A stretch of DNA of 64,000 nt from Candidatus Multivoradales bacterium (GTDB lineage: Bacteria; Acidobacteriota; Thermoanaerobaculia; Multivoradales; J023): positions 4,256,001 to 4,320,000 of the forward strand of contig CBDFLE010000006.1 of assembly GCA_965248925.1 (NCBI GenBank), given 5' to 3'. Within the stretch, counting starts at the first letter, position 1. The number at the start of each line of letters is the position of its first letter. Positions 8,475 through 19,121 of this stretch are shown piece after piece. The position numbers and the translations under genes are program-made. Below the pieces are notes generated by a model, which made no database searches, had not been told where the DNA came from, and worked only from the letters and a program-made list of their open reading frames with translations.

Positions 8475-10319
8475 TCAGTGGCTGGTCGAACCTTCCTTGA
8501 TCTGAGTGATCTCGGCCAATGGGATGGCACTCTGGCCTGCTTTGGCTGCTAGCGTCTCCACCAGGCCACTGGGCCAACGGATCTCCACCTTGGTAATCCG
8601 CTTTGCCCGGCCGAGGCCGAAGTGCAAGCGGGTGGTGCTCTGGCTGGAGTAGGCGTTGCCGCCGTTGACCTCGCGTAAAAAAGTCTCGCCATCGGCGGTG
8701 ATCAGCACTCGGGTGCCGATGGCGTCGCGGTTGGACTTGGTGCCGATCAGCTTGATCTCGACCCAGCCGCCAGCGTTTTCGGTGATGTTGCGGTGCAGCA
8801 GGGCTGGCTGGTTGGCGTTGGTCTGGTAGAGGTCCAGGAGGCCGTCGTTGTCGAAGTCGCCCATGCCCAGGCCGCGGCCGTCGAGGTCGTTGTCCATGTC
8901 GGATTGAGCGCCGATTTCTTTGAAGGTGCCGTCGCCCAAATTGCGGAACATGCGCTGCTTCTGGTAGCCACTCCAGGTCATGTCGCCGATTTCGGGGTAG
9001 CTGTTGATGTCTGAGAAGTCGATGTTCGGCGTGATGATCATCTCTAGCAGCACTGGGATGTAGTTGGTCTCGGAGCGCGAGCGTAGGCCGTCGACGGCGT
9101 AGATGTCTTCCCAACCGTCGTTGTCGAAGTCGCCCCATTTGGCGGCCCATCCCCAATCGGTGTCGCAAGTGCCGGTTTCTTTCGACAGGTCGAGGAAGGT
9201 GCCGTCGCCGTTGTTGGACCACAGCATGTTGCACTCTCTCATGTACTCGTCGGTGATGTTGGTGACGTAGATGTCGAGGTAGCCGTCGCGGTTGTAGTCG
9301 CCCATGTCGACGTTCATGCCTTTGCGAGTGTCAAATCCGACCGCTTCTTCGGTGACGTCTTCGAACCTGCCGTCGCCGAGATTCATGAATAGCCGATCGG
9401 TGCCGTAGTCGCCAGCGATGTAGACGTCCTGGTCGCCATCATTGTCGAGATCGCCACTGCCCAGATCGAGGGACCAGCCGGTGTGGTGCGAGAAGCCGGC
9501 TGGCTCGGTCTGGTTGATAAAACGCCGGCTGCTGTCTGGGCCGGCGACGTTGCGCCAGAAGGTCACCCCGCCGCCGTTATCGGCGTAGTCGAGGTTATTC
9601 GGCATCACGTTCGGGGTGTCGAGGGCGAGCAGGTTGCGGGGTTGGAAGTAGTTGCCGAGCAGCAGGTCGAGCCAACCATCGTTGTCAGCATCAAAAGTGA
9701 TCACCGCGATGGTGTTGCCGAATTCGGTGAGCCCGGTAGCGGCGCTGACCTCGGTGAACCGGGGCACTCCGTCTTTGCCCGGACCCAGGTTGCGGTAGAG
9801 CAGTGGGGTGCCGAAGCGGGCGACTAGAAGGTCGCGCCAGCCGTCGTTGTCGTAGTCCAACCACAGGGCGTCGGCGCAGATCGAGTCGGCATCGTTGCCA
9901 CCGCTGACCCCGGCCTGGACGGCTACGTCGGTGAAGCTCAGCCGGCCCTGCTCATCCAAGCCGTTGTTGCGCATCAGGTGGTGGGGTTTGCCCTCTCCCG
10001 AGTCGACGACGAAGATATCGTCCCAACCGTCGTTGTCGAAATCACCCACTGCGGCTGCTGAGCCGCCGTCGGTGAACATCTCCAGCACCTCGGCCTTGTG
10101 CCGCCGGCCAAATTTGCGGGTGCTGTGGATGAAGCGCACACCGGCCGCCTGGCCGATCTCTTCGAAGAGCATCCGTGGTGCCGCGGGAGGGGTGCCGCTG
10201 GCGGCTTTGGCAGCTGCTTCCGTGGCTTCAGCGGCGGTTCCCCAGCCAGCCACGGCCAGCAGCCAGCCAAGCAGCAGGGCTCCACCAAGAACTCGGCCAC
10301 TGGACCTCGTCTGGCTCAC
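8475..10319 (-). CDS. CRTAC1 family protein (FG-GAP repeats + ASPIC/UnbV)
   Basis: Signal peptide, many GDFDNDGxxD repeats, NRDAIG..LHFGLG..EIRWPSG. Confidence 0.9.
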   Translation of the reverse strand: MSQTRSSGRVLGGALLLGWLLAVAGWGTAAEATEAAAKAASGTPPAAPRMLFEEIGQAAGVRFIHSTRKFGRRHKAEVLEMFTDGGSAAAVGDFDNDGWDDIFVVDSGEGKPHHLMRNNGLDEQGRLSFTDVAVQAGVSGGNDADSICADALWLDYDNDGWRDLLVARFGTPLLYRNLGPGKDGVPRFTEVSAATGLTEFGNTIAVITFDADNDGWLDLLLGNYFQPRNLLALDTPNVMPNNLDYADNGGGVTFWRNVAGPDSSRRFINQTEPAGFSHHTGWSLDLGSGDLDNDGDQDVYIAGDYGTDRLFMNLGDGRFEDVTEEAVGFDTRKGMNVDMGDYNRDGYLDIYVTNITDEYMRECNMLWSNNGDGTFLDLSKETGTCDTDWGWAAKWGDFDNDGWEDIYAVDGLRSRSETNYIPVLLEMIITPNIDFSDINSYPEIGDMTWSGYQKQRMFRNLGDGTFKEIGAQSDMDNDLDGRGLGMGDFDNDGLLDLYQTNANQPALLHRNITENAGGWVEIKLIGTKSNRDAIGTRVLITADGETFLREVNGGNAYSSQSTTRLHFGLGRAKRITKVEIRWPSGLVETLAAKAGQSAIPLAEITQIKEGSTSH

Positions 10320-11062
10320 TGTTCAACCACCATAGCCGACAGATCGGTGTCGACCCGGAGACTGGGATCGAAGTATTCGTCGAGATATTTGTCGAGAGCT
10401 TCGCCGGATAGCTCGAGGCGGGTTTTCAGTCCCGCGTGTTGGGGGAATTCCGCTGCCGCTTGCTGCCAGATGGCGCTGGCTCTGTCGAGATCTTTGAGTC
10501 TCCAATGTCCGTCGCCAAGGGCCATCCAGACCCGAGCGTGGGGAGCCAGCCTAGTTTCGTTTTTGAGCAGCTCGAGGGCTTGTTGCAGGTCGTCCATGCC
10601 GTGTTGGATGCGGCCAAAGATCGGCGGCCAGTAGAGGTAGCTGTTGCCGCGGGTGAATAGCGCCAACCAGGTTACTTCGAGCTCGATCGCGGCGGAGAAG
10701 TGGCCGAGAGCGGAGTTGGCCAGCAGAACCTGGGTGATGGCCCCCTCCGAAGGAATCTTGTCGACCAAGGCGTAACCCAGATTGAGAAAAGCGTTCTGCG
10801 CCGTGGGATGGGCTTCGACCAATTGCTCGAAAAATGGCACCGAGCGCTCGTAGGCCTCGGCCTGGATCACTGCCTGGCGGTATCGATTGCCCAGTTGCAA
10901 GTCGTTGGGTGCCTCTTCGAGGGCGGCCTCCAATTGTTCGAGAATAGCGGCCGAGTCCGGAGCTGCCGTGGAACTGGCGCTGGGCGTTGATTCAGCCACC
11001 ACCGCGGTGGTCACGAGCGCAGCCGTCAGCAGGGTGAGGGTTGTGCGGAGCAAGACTCTCAT
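10316..11062 (-). CDS. Secreted TPR protein
   Basis: ATG 11062 overlaps the upstream stop (ATGA); signal peptide; TPR-like helices. Confidence 0.8.
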   Translation of the reverse strand: MRVLLRTTLTLLTAALVTTAVVAESTPSASSTAAPDSAAILEQLEAALEEAPNDLQLGNRYRQAVIQAEAYERSVPFFEQLVEAHPTAQNAFLNLGYALVDKIPSEGAITQVLLANSALGHFSAAIELEVTWLALFTRGNSYLYWPPIFGRIQHGMDDLQQALELLKNETRLAPHARVWMALGDGHWRLKDLDRASAIWQQAAAEFPQHAGLKTRLELSGEALDKYLDEYFDPSLRVDTDLSAMVVEQ

Positions 11063-12873
11063 CGTCCGGTTCCTTTTTTGGTAGAGGTCTTCTGAGCTTT
11101 TCGCGGTGACTTCTGCGGCGCGCCAACGGTCAAGGGCCGGGCCTTGCTGCTGCCCTGTTCGAGGTCGTAAATCTGGTTCGACACCAGGTCGGTGAAGGAC
11201 TGGTTTTGGCCGTTGGGCCAGCGTACTTCGAGGCGGTCGATCTTCTCTGTTTGGCCGAGACCGAAGTGGACGCGGTAGGTCGACTGGCTGGCGAAGCCGT
11301 TGCCGCCGTTGACGAAGCTCACCTGGGTGCGGCCACCCGCGGTCAGCCACAGCTTGGCTCCCACCGCCGCCGGGTTGGGTTTTTTGCTACGTAACCGCAA
11401 CTGCAACCAGGTGCCACCCTCTTCGGCGGGGATGACGTTGTGGTAGAGAAAGGGCGGGTTGTTGGCGTTGGTGACGAAGAGGTCGAGCCGGCCATCGTTG
11501 TCGAAGTCGGCCACCGCCACGCCGCGGCCGTCGAGTAGGGAATCAACTCCATGGCGCTCGGCGACATCGGCGAAGAGGGCCCCTTCCTGGTTGTGAAACA
11601 GCGCGTTGTGCTGGTAGCCCGACAGGGTTTTGTCGCCCATTGGCGGCCAGTTGGTGGCATCCGCCAGGTCGACGTCGGGTTGGACGATCAGCTCAAAGAC
11701 ATCGAGCACGTAGTTCTCAGGCCCGGCCGACACCCAGCCATTGACCACGAACAGATCGAGCCAACCGTCGTTGTCGGCGTCGAAAAACTTGCCTGCCCAG
11801 CCCCAGCCGGTGTTGTGGGTGCCGGTTTCGCGGGCGACATCAGCGAAGGTCAGATCCCCTTGGTTCTGCCACAGGAAATTGCCTTCGCGCATGTACTCGT
11901 CGGTGATGTTGGTGACGAAGACATCGAATAGGCCATCGCCATCGAAGTCGCCCCAATCGACATTCATCCCCTTCTTGGTGTCGATGCCGATGGCTTGCTC
12001 GGTGATGTCGGTGAAAGTGCCATCGCCATTGTTGCGAAAGAAGCGGTCGGTGCCAAAATCACAGGCGACATAGAGGTCGTCGTCGCCATCGTGGTCAGCA
12101 TCGGCATGGCCGATATCGAGCGACCAGCCCGATTGGCTGAGTCCAGCCTGCTCGGTGATGTCGGTGAAAGCGCCGTCGCCATTGTTGCGATAGAGGGTCA
12201 GGCCGCCGCCATTGTCGGCGGTTTCGAAGCTCTCGGGGAAAAAGCGTGAGGTCTGCGGATCGAAGAGGTTTACCGGTGCGAAGTAGTTGGCTACAAAGAG
12301 ATCCAGGTCGCCATCGAGATCGTGATCGAAGGCGATGGCGGCGATCGAGTTGAGGTATTCGCGGCCCAGCCCGGCTCGTTCGGTGACCTCGGAAAACGTA
12401 CCGTTACCATTGTTGCGGTAGAGCAGGTTGTGGCCAAAGCGCACCACCAAGAGATCGGGCCAGCCATCGCCGTCGAAGTCAAACCACAGGGCGTTGGAAG
12501 AGGCGTTCTTGGCGTCATTGCCGGCCGCGACCCCAGCCTTCTTACCGATCTCGCTGAAAGTCAGATCGCCATTGTTGCGGTACAGCAGGTTGCGGCCACC
12601 GTCGTCCGAGTCGGTGACGAACAAGTCTTCGAAGCCATCGCCGTCAAAATCCCCTGCCGCCGCCGCCGCGCCGAGGGCGGTATAGCCCTCCATGATGTGG
12701 GCATAGGGATTCTTGAACGAGCGATTGGTGTGCTTGCGAGCCACCCCGGCAGCGGCGGTGATGTCGCTAAACCAGCTGGCCGGGGCGGGCTGAGCAGCGC
12801 TCTGCTCTTCCTCAGCCGCGAGCACCCCGCTCAGAGTCAACCCCAGGAGCGCTAGCCTGCTAGCTAGCCGCAT
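11059..12873 (-). CDS. CRTAC1 family protein (FG-GAP repeats + ASPIC/UnbV)
   Basis: Signal peptide MRLASRLALLG from 12873; FG-GAP repeats; VHFGLG..EVRWPNG; paralogous to 8475..10319 (KGMNVD, VTNITDEYMRE). Confidence 0.9.
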   Translation of the reverse strand: MRLASRLALLGLTLSGVLAAEEEQSAAQPAPASWFSDITAAAGVARKHTNRSFKNPYAHIMEGYTALGAAAAAGDFDGDGFEDLFVTDSDDGGRNLLYRNNGDLTFSEIGKKAGVAAGNDAKNASSNALWFDFDGDGWPDLLVVRFGHNLLYRNNGNGTFSEVTERAGLGREYLNSIAAIAFDHDLDGDLDLFVANYFAPVNLFDPQTSRFFPESFETADNGGGLTLYRNNGDGAFTDITEQAGLSQSGWSLDIGHADADHDGDDDLYVACDFGTDRFFRNNGDGTFTDITEQAIGIDTKKGMNVDWGDFDGDGLFDVFVTNITDEYMREGNFLWQNQGDLTFADVARETGTHNTGWGWAGKFFDADNDGWLDLFVVNGWVSAGPENYVLDVFELIVQPDVDLADATNWPPMGDKTLSGYQHNALFHNQEGALFADVAERHGVDSLLDGRGVAVADFDNDGRLDLFVTNANNPPFLYHNVIPAEEGGTWLQLRLRSKKPNPAAVGAKLWLTAGGRTQVSFVNGGNGFASQSTYRVHFGLGQTEKIDRLEVRWPNGQNQSFTDLVSNQIYDLEQGSSKARPLTVGAPQKSPRKAQKTSTKKGTGR

Positions 12874-15297
12874 CTTCGTCGCCTTGGTCGGCCGTTTCTT
12901 GGCCATCTTGAGCTGCCGGGTCAGAGAGTGATTCGTAGTGCTTCTCGACCAGATCCTGCCGTCCTTCGACGATCTCGACAATGCGGTTGGCGGCGACGGC
13001 GGAGAATTTCTGCACCTTGCCAGACCGGGGCCAGCGCACTTCGAGTTGATCGACCTGGGTGGCGCTGCCAAGTCCGAAGTGAACGCGCAGCGTATTCTGG
13101 GATCCATAGCCATCGCCCAACGCCACCTCGCGGGTCTGCAAGGTGTTTCCCTGATGAATGGTGATTCGCGCGCCGACCGCATCGCGATTGGTGCCGTCGG
13201 CCAGGGTGGTGGCGGCGCCCACTAGCTCGATCGCCAACCAACTGCGCGCCTGGCCGACATCGTTGCGCAGCAGGGCGTGGCGATCGGTGGAGGCGGCGAT
13301 GGCGATGTCGAGCACTCCACGGTTCCAGAAATCGGCAAACGCGATGCCGCGGCTGTTGACCAGCAAGTCGCTGTCGGAGGCGCGGCCGATCTCTTTGAAG
13401 GTGCCGTCGCCGTTGTTGACCAGGTGCCGGTTGCGCTCCCAACCGTGCCAGGAACGGCGGCCGAAGAAGTTGGGGTCAAAGAAAACGCCGGTTTTGTACT
13501 CTTGCATCTTTGACACCACGTTGTTCAAGAACTCGAGTTCGATCTCGCTGTCCTGATCGTTGTAGACCCAGCCGTTGGCGGAGTAGATGTCCTGCCAGCC
13601 ATCGTTGTCGAAATCGGCGAAACCCGAACCCCAGAACCAACCCGGTGGATTGGCACTGGCATCCCAGGTGGTGTCTGCGAAGGTGCCGTCGCCACGGTTG
13701 CGCAGCAGCGTGTTACCCGAGGCCATGTCTTTGAACACTTTGATGAACTGCAAGCCGCTCTGACGCATGATCTCGAAGTAGAGGGGCATATCGCTCTTCC
13801 ACACCCCTTGGCGCCAGGTGTTGAGCATGTAGCGCATCACCGTCGGGCCCTCGGCGAACCAGCCTTCCTCGGAGCGGATATGGGCGACATAGATGTCGAG
13901 CAGGCCATCGTTGTCGTAGTCGCCGAAAGAGGCGCTCATACCGGCGCCATAGGCCAGAGTGCCCGACGCGACGGTGACATCGGTGAAGCTGCCGTCGCCT
14001 TCGTTGCGGTAGAGGGTCTTGCGGCCAAAATCGTTGACTACGTAGAGGTCGGCGTCGCCATCGTCGTCGTAGTCGCCAAACACCGTGCCGAGGCAGAGAC
14101 CGATCTCACCCACCCCGGCATCCTCAGTGACATTGGTGAAAGTGCCGTCGCCGTTGTTGCGGTAGAGCTGATTGGACTCGCCGTTGCGAGCGTAAAAAGT
14201 GGTCGGGATGTCGGTACGTGGATCGAGGTAGCGGCCGACATAGAGATCGAGCAGGCCGTCGTTGTCGTAGTCGCCCCAGGAGCCGACCGTGGTGCAGCAG
14301 TCGGCGTCTAGGCCGGCCACTGAGGTGACATCGGTGAAGGTGCCGTCGCCATCGTTGTGAAACAACTGATTGGGCTCGAAGGTGCGGCTGACGAAGAAGT
14401 CCTTGTGACCGTCATTGTCATAGTCGGCAAACAGTCCGACGCCGACTCCCGAGAGGCCCGACAAGCCAGCGCGGCGGTGATGTCCTCAAAAGTGCCGTCG
14501 CGGCGGTTGCGTAGCAGTCTGGCCTCTACCCCGTCGGGAATAAACAAGTCGTAGAAGCCGTCGTTGTCGATGTCGACGGCGGAAATCCCTGCCGGACCAT
14601 AGCGCAGCATGCCGAATTTCAAGTCTTCGCTGAGAAAACGGGGGTAGTACTGATTTTCGAAGTCGATGCCAGCAGCGGTGGCGACGTTGGTGAAGTGGGC
14701 GCCTTGGTTGATCACCCGATCGCCCTTGATCAGTTCACCACCACGGATCCGCAGCCCCTCGGCAGTGGTGGTCAGGTGCAGGCGGAAGAAAGCGCGATCG
14801 ATGCCGGCCCGAGGCTCGCCGCGGGGGGTGCCGATCAGTTCGAAGCGGGCGCTGATCACGATATCTTCGGGATCCCTCCAACTCTCCAGCTTGTCCACGT
14901 AGAGCCCGACTTCGTCGACCTGATCGAAACCTGCCAGGTAGGCCCGCCATTCGTCGATCGCGACTTGGCGATCCGTGGCGACGCCATTACTGGCGAAATT
15001 GGAGATGCGCACCCCATCTCGCTCACTGCTCAGCTGCAGGCTGGCCAAGCCGAGGCGTTGGCCGCTGTAAACCTCGGCGAAGCAAGCATCGACCTCGCCA
15101 AAGTCGCCGGTCCGCAGTCCGCGGGCTAGCTGGTCCAGGGTGTCGACCGCGGCCTTGCCGGTATTGAAGAAGTTCCAACCACTACGGTCGATCTTGTTGG
15201 CGACCAGCATGTAAGTGGGGAAGCAGAGGACGATCAGCGCCAGCAACAACAGCAGCCGGCGTCGGGTACGGGGTTTTCTCGGGCCTTTTGAGCTCAT
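12860..15297 (-). pseudogene. Membrane-anchored CRTAC1 family gene split by a 1-nt frameshift near 14470 (pseudogene or sequencing error)
   Basis: ORF 14308..15297 reads ..GTFEDITAA then loses sense; ORF 12860..14464 resumes with LSGLSGVGVGLFADYDNDG; adding one base restores TAAAGLSG. Confidence 0.8.
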
Positions 15298-15366
15298 AGC
15301 ACTCTCTCGAGAGTTGAGGGCGATCGATCGTTAAGTTTGGATGTGGCTGGTTGCAGGCAGGCTTGA

Positions 15367-15395
15367 AGGATGACCGAGGGGCTGGCGGGCGTCAA
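15367..15395 (-). promoter_or_regulatory. Possible sigma70 promoter of the CRTAC1 operon
   Basis: Minus strand TTGACG-17 nt-CATCCT, about 70 nt upstream of ATG 15297. Confidence 0.35.
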
Positions 15396-15499
15396 GAATC
15401 ACCTGGACTAAAAAAGGACTACGGGGTAGTGAAATGCCCTTTGCGGCCGTAGTGGCCACCCACGTCTCGGCTAATATCAGGCTTTGAGGAGGAATCGAA

Positions 15500-16522
15500 A
15501 TGGCTCCCAAAGCCGCGCCCGCAGATCCCATTCGCTACAGTGCTGCCGCCTGCCAGGTGGATTTCCCCAATCCGGCCGACCGTTCCGGCATTCGTCCCCA
15601 CGTCGACCGCATGCTGGAGATGATCGACCATGCGGTGGGCGGCTACCAGCCCTTCCTGCCGGTCAAGTTGCTGGTCTTTCCCGAGTTCGCTCACGCCGCA
15701 CCCGTCTACCCGGATCTCTCGACCCTCTACGACAAGCTGGCTGTAGAGATCCCCAACCAGCACACCGAGCGTTACATCGCCAAAGCCAAAGAGCACGGGG
15801 TCTACATCCAGACCGGAACCTTCCTAGAGCGCGATGCCAAGTATCCCGGCCTGGTGTTCAACGCCACCTGCTTGATCGGCCCCGAGGGCATCCTGAGCAA
15901 GTACCGCAAGGTCAACACTTGGATCCCGTGGGAAGTCCACGCCAGCCCCCACGATCTGCCCGACTACGAAGAAGAACTCTTCCCGGTAGTCGAGACTCCG
16001 ATCGGCAAGCTTGGCTGCGCGATTTGCTACGACTGGATATTCCCCGAAGTGCTCCGCCAACTGACCGCCAATGGTGCCGAAGTGCTGATCCGAGTCTCGG
16101 CTTACATGGATCCTTGGGGCGCCACCGAGCCGATGGATTGGTGGACCACCGTCAACCGTTGCCGGGCGCTCGAGAACATGGCCTTCGTGGTCGCTTCCAA
16201 TCAGGCTGCCCAGCTGAGCCACTATCCCCCCTTCTCCTGGCCTGGCGGCTCGATGGTGGTCGATTTCGACGGCCGCTTGCTAGCCCAAGCCGACCCTGGT
16301 CCAGGAGAGAAGATCATCATCGCCCCGATCGACATCACCGCCTTACGCCACGAGCGCAAAGTGCGCCGCGGCCACCAGAACTTCGCCCACCTGCGCAGCG
16401 AGGCCTATCCCTTGTACCGGCAGTCCTGGTACCCCTCAGGCCGCGGGGCAGAGCACGAGAACCTGAGTGTCGAGCAGATCGACCAGGCAATAGCCGAGGG
16501 GAAGAAAAAGGCAGGCTACTAG
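15500..16522 (+). CDS. Nitrilase-related carbon-nitrogen hydrolase
   Basis: E-K-C triad in LVFPEF, KYRK, AICYD; GAGGAGG RBS. Confidence 0.9.
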   Translation: MAPKAAPADPIRYSAAACQVDFPNPADRSGIRPHVDRMLEMIDHAVGGYQPFLPVKLLVFPEFAHAAPVYPDLSTLYDKLAVEIPNQHTERYIAKAKEHGVYIQTGTFLERDAKYPGLVFNATCLIGPEGILSKYRKVNTWIPWEVHASPHDLPDYEEELFPVVETPIGKLGCAICYDWIFPEVLRQLTANGAEVLIRVSAYMDPWGATEPMDWWTTVNRCRALENMAFVVASNQAAQLSHYPPFSWPGGSMVVDFDGRLLAQADPGPGEKIIIAPIDITALRHERKVRRGHQNFAHLRSEAYPLYRQSWYPSGRGAEHENLSVEQIDQAIAEGKKKAGY

Positions 16523-16815
16523 CGACCGCCCTCCAAAGGATCCCTTAGAGGTTCCACCCCTTTCTACGAGAGGCCGCGGTTTTTGAGCGTTGCGGTCTCC
16601 TTGAAGGCTGACCGATGGTCCTAGGATGCTGCGAAAAGCTTCCGTGGTGGCTGTCCGCGCGGATACTCTTGACCCTTCTGCACCAGCTGGTTGTTCAAGC
16701 GCAAAACTCCCCTGGTGCCCGCCACAGCCGGTGGGCAGGTTTACTGCGATCGTTGTGTTTATGACTCCAAATCCCAATTGGCCAGTTTCCAATGGCCGGC
16801 CGCGACCGGACTTGG

Positions 16816-17736
16816 CTACAAATCTACAAAGGCCAAAGCGGGCGGAAAGCAACCGGCTGGAAAACACACGCTCTGTTCACCGGCCAGAAGCCGCTTGGCC
16901 GCAATTCTGTACGCCATCACGAAGAGTCGGTAAGCTTCACGAAAGGCCCGGCGAACGGCTCGGCTGGTGGTATGTACAAGGGGAGCAGGAGAGCGCTCGA
17001 TGATTCCCGGCTTCGCTTGCGGGTCCTGCAGCAAAATGGCCTCGGTACCCAGAGGCTCTACACCCCGTCGTTCTCTGTCGGCAAGCGCTGTGGCCTCGAT
17101 ATCCTCGACCAACTCGGCAATGCGGGTTCGGTACTTGGCCTCGTCAAGATCTCGCCAACAGGGCAGTGCATCAAAGCTGAGGCTTTCGAATCGCGCGTGG
17201 GTGTAAAATCCGCAGTTCTCATTGCGCTGGCGAGCCGCAGACTCGGCACTGCGATCAAACCAGTAGCCCACCAGCGGCTCGCCGGTCAGTAACGAGCCTG
17301 CCGCGTGAACTCCGGGCCAATCGACACAGCGAGCCACGAGATTTTCCTTGACTCCATGGCTCAGCAGGTATCGCAGCCGAGCGATCTGGACCTCAGGCTC
17401 ATCGCTGACTGTGATCGAGGCGTATCGGCGTCCCCAGATCCTCTCGCTCCAGCCAGTGGCGCGGCGAATCTCTTTGGCTATCTTGGAAGCAATATATCCC
17501 TGGAAGTCGGCCAGCTGCTTGGCGCTGTCGACCTCTAACAGGAGATGTAGGTGGTTGCTAAGCACCACCGCGCAGACGATCCGCACGCCGTAGCGCTGCT
17601 TGGCAGCGGCGAAGGTGCCAACGATCATCTCATTGAACGTGCGGCTCGGCCGGAGCAGCATGCGGCCTTGCATGATTCGGCAAGTGGTTTCGACGAGGGT
17701 TCCCGGTTCTGCGATGTAACGAAGCTTTCTTGCCAT
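16816..17736 (-). mobile_element. HUH/Y1 transposase, RAYT-like (copy 1)
   Basis: SNHLHLL HUH motif, WGRRY, RYLLSHG catalytic Tyr region; start MARKLR at 17736. Confidence 0.8.
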
Positions 17737-18149
17737 TGTCGGTCTCCTTTTCAAAGGAGACGCAGAACGTTCGGGCAATCTTGCATCGGAGGGCGAGAAA
17801 CTTTGGTACCAACCAGAGGACGCGCCCCCTCCTCCAGGATGCCTTCCTCTAATCCAAAGGATCAGCAGGCTCTCCTGCATCGCGTCGAAGTGATTTCCGA
17901 ACTTGGCCGCTTTGAATCACCGGTGCCGGTAGGTCGATTGGAGCCGCCGACCCCAGCCGGCAATGTAGGCCGCATTCTGCCAATCGCTGATGTTGCGGAA
18001 GGCCTCGCTCACTGCCTCCTGCAGAATCGCCAGCTGCTCGCTGATGCTGCCAGAGCGGGAAGCGAATGGACTCTTCGGCAATTCGGCCAGCAAGATTAGG
18101 GTCCCTCCCGAGCCAAAAACGTGCCATCGGAATCGTCGAGGCAGTCTCG

Positions 18150-18570
18150 GCCCCGACGCTTACTTCCTGGAGCCAATCGATCACCAGAGCCTCGAACAGC
18201 GCCGGGAAGCGAGAGCTGGGCTCACTCCACTGGGCACGGACCTGGAGCACACCATGATCCGGGCATTCGATCCGAGGCACTTGGGCCACTAGCACGTCCG
18301 GTGCTGGCAGGTATCCAGGTGCCGCCAGCGACGAAAGCGGTTGTCGTAGCCGCTGTACGCCTTGCCGCATTCAGGACAGGGTGGGCGCCTCTCGCCGTTG
18401 ACCAAGTGCACCAAGACCTCACCTTCATCCAAGGCCCGGTCTACTTCTGTGACTCGCCACGGCGATTCGATGCTCAAGATCTTCGCGTACAGGTTCTTTG
18501 TCTCGCATCCAGCCAGTCAATCCACAGGTTAACTACCGCGTCACCTACCCACACAAGATACAGATGCGCT
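18150..18570 (-). pseudogene. ISL3 family transposase 5' remnant, frameshifted and truncated
   Basis: MRDKE/LYAKILSIESPWRV..CPECG..RRWRHLDTCQ / VPRIECPDHGV..WSEPSSRF..FEALVIDWL spread over three frames; degenerate ISL3-like end near 18545-18570. Confidence 0.85.
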
Positions 18571-18813
18571 GCCCGCTTGATCTCGTCTACCGAGACCCTC
18601 GCCGCCGCCCTGACCCAAAGTGGAGATTTGCTCTTGCTCCTGGCAGTCGATCACCTGGCCTGGATCCGAGGTCTTGGAGCTCTGAGTCAAGCGGTTGACC
18701 ATGGCGGGCTGGAGGCAGGCTTCGAGGGTGGTGGTGTGCTACTTCTGCAAGGGGACCTCATCGCAGGGGCTCGCCGAGAGCTTGAAGCTCTTGGCTGGAT
18801 GATCGAAACCAGG

Positions 18814-19010
18814 GCTGTGCTGGCCCTGCCGATCTCTCGCCAGGGCCTCGAGCCGATTGCCGGGAGGAATCCGCAGGTCCCCAAGTCGCTCGGCGGAGTC
18901 AATCTGGTCAAGCTTGCGGCCAGCGACCTCCCAGATTCGATCACCACAGAGGCAATCTGACCCATCCGGGTGACCCCTACCCCGTTGCAGCCGGGGCGAG
19001 TGTCGGCGGG
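18814..19010 (-). pseudogene. HigB-like toxin remnant
   Basis: [36 protein letters not shown] is the HigB core; the expected IRINDQ C-terminus and a HigA partner are absent. Confidence 0.7.
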
Positions 19011-19121
19011 AAAGAACGTCGGTGGCGACCCCAGCCTCTTCAACGAGCTGCCGAGCTGAGATGGATGCCGCGTTCTTGGCCACGGACACCTCCCGAGCCC
19101 GCTTCCAGATAGGATCGGCCG

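Noticed and set aside
14455-14480. Programmed ribosomal frameshift
   Set aside because: No slippery heptamer or homopolymer at the junction
8475-14600. Recurrent GCCGTCGTTGTCGAAGTC-like repeats resembling an array
   Set aside because: They encode FG-GAP DxDNDG motifs, with irregular spacing and wobble variation; not CRISPR
2447-15297. Enediyne biosynthetic gene cluster
   Set aside because: UnbV-like domains are present but there is no PKSE, thioesterase or UnbU/UnbL in the window
18121-18960. 279-aa plus-strand ORF
   Set aside because: Antisense read-through of the ISL3 and HigB remnants
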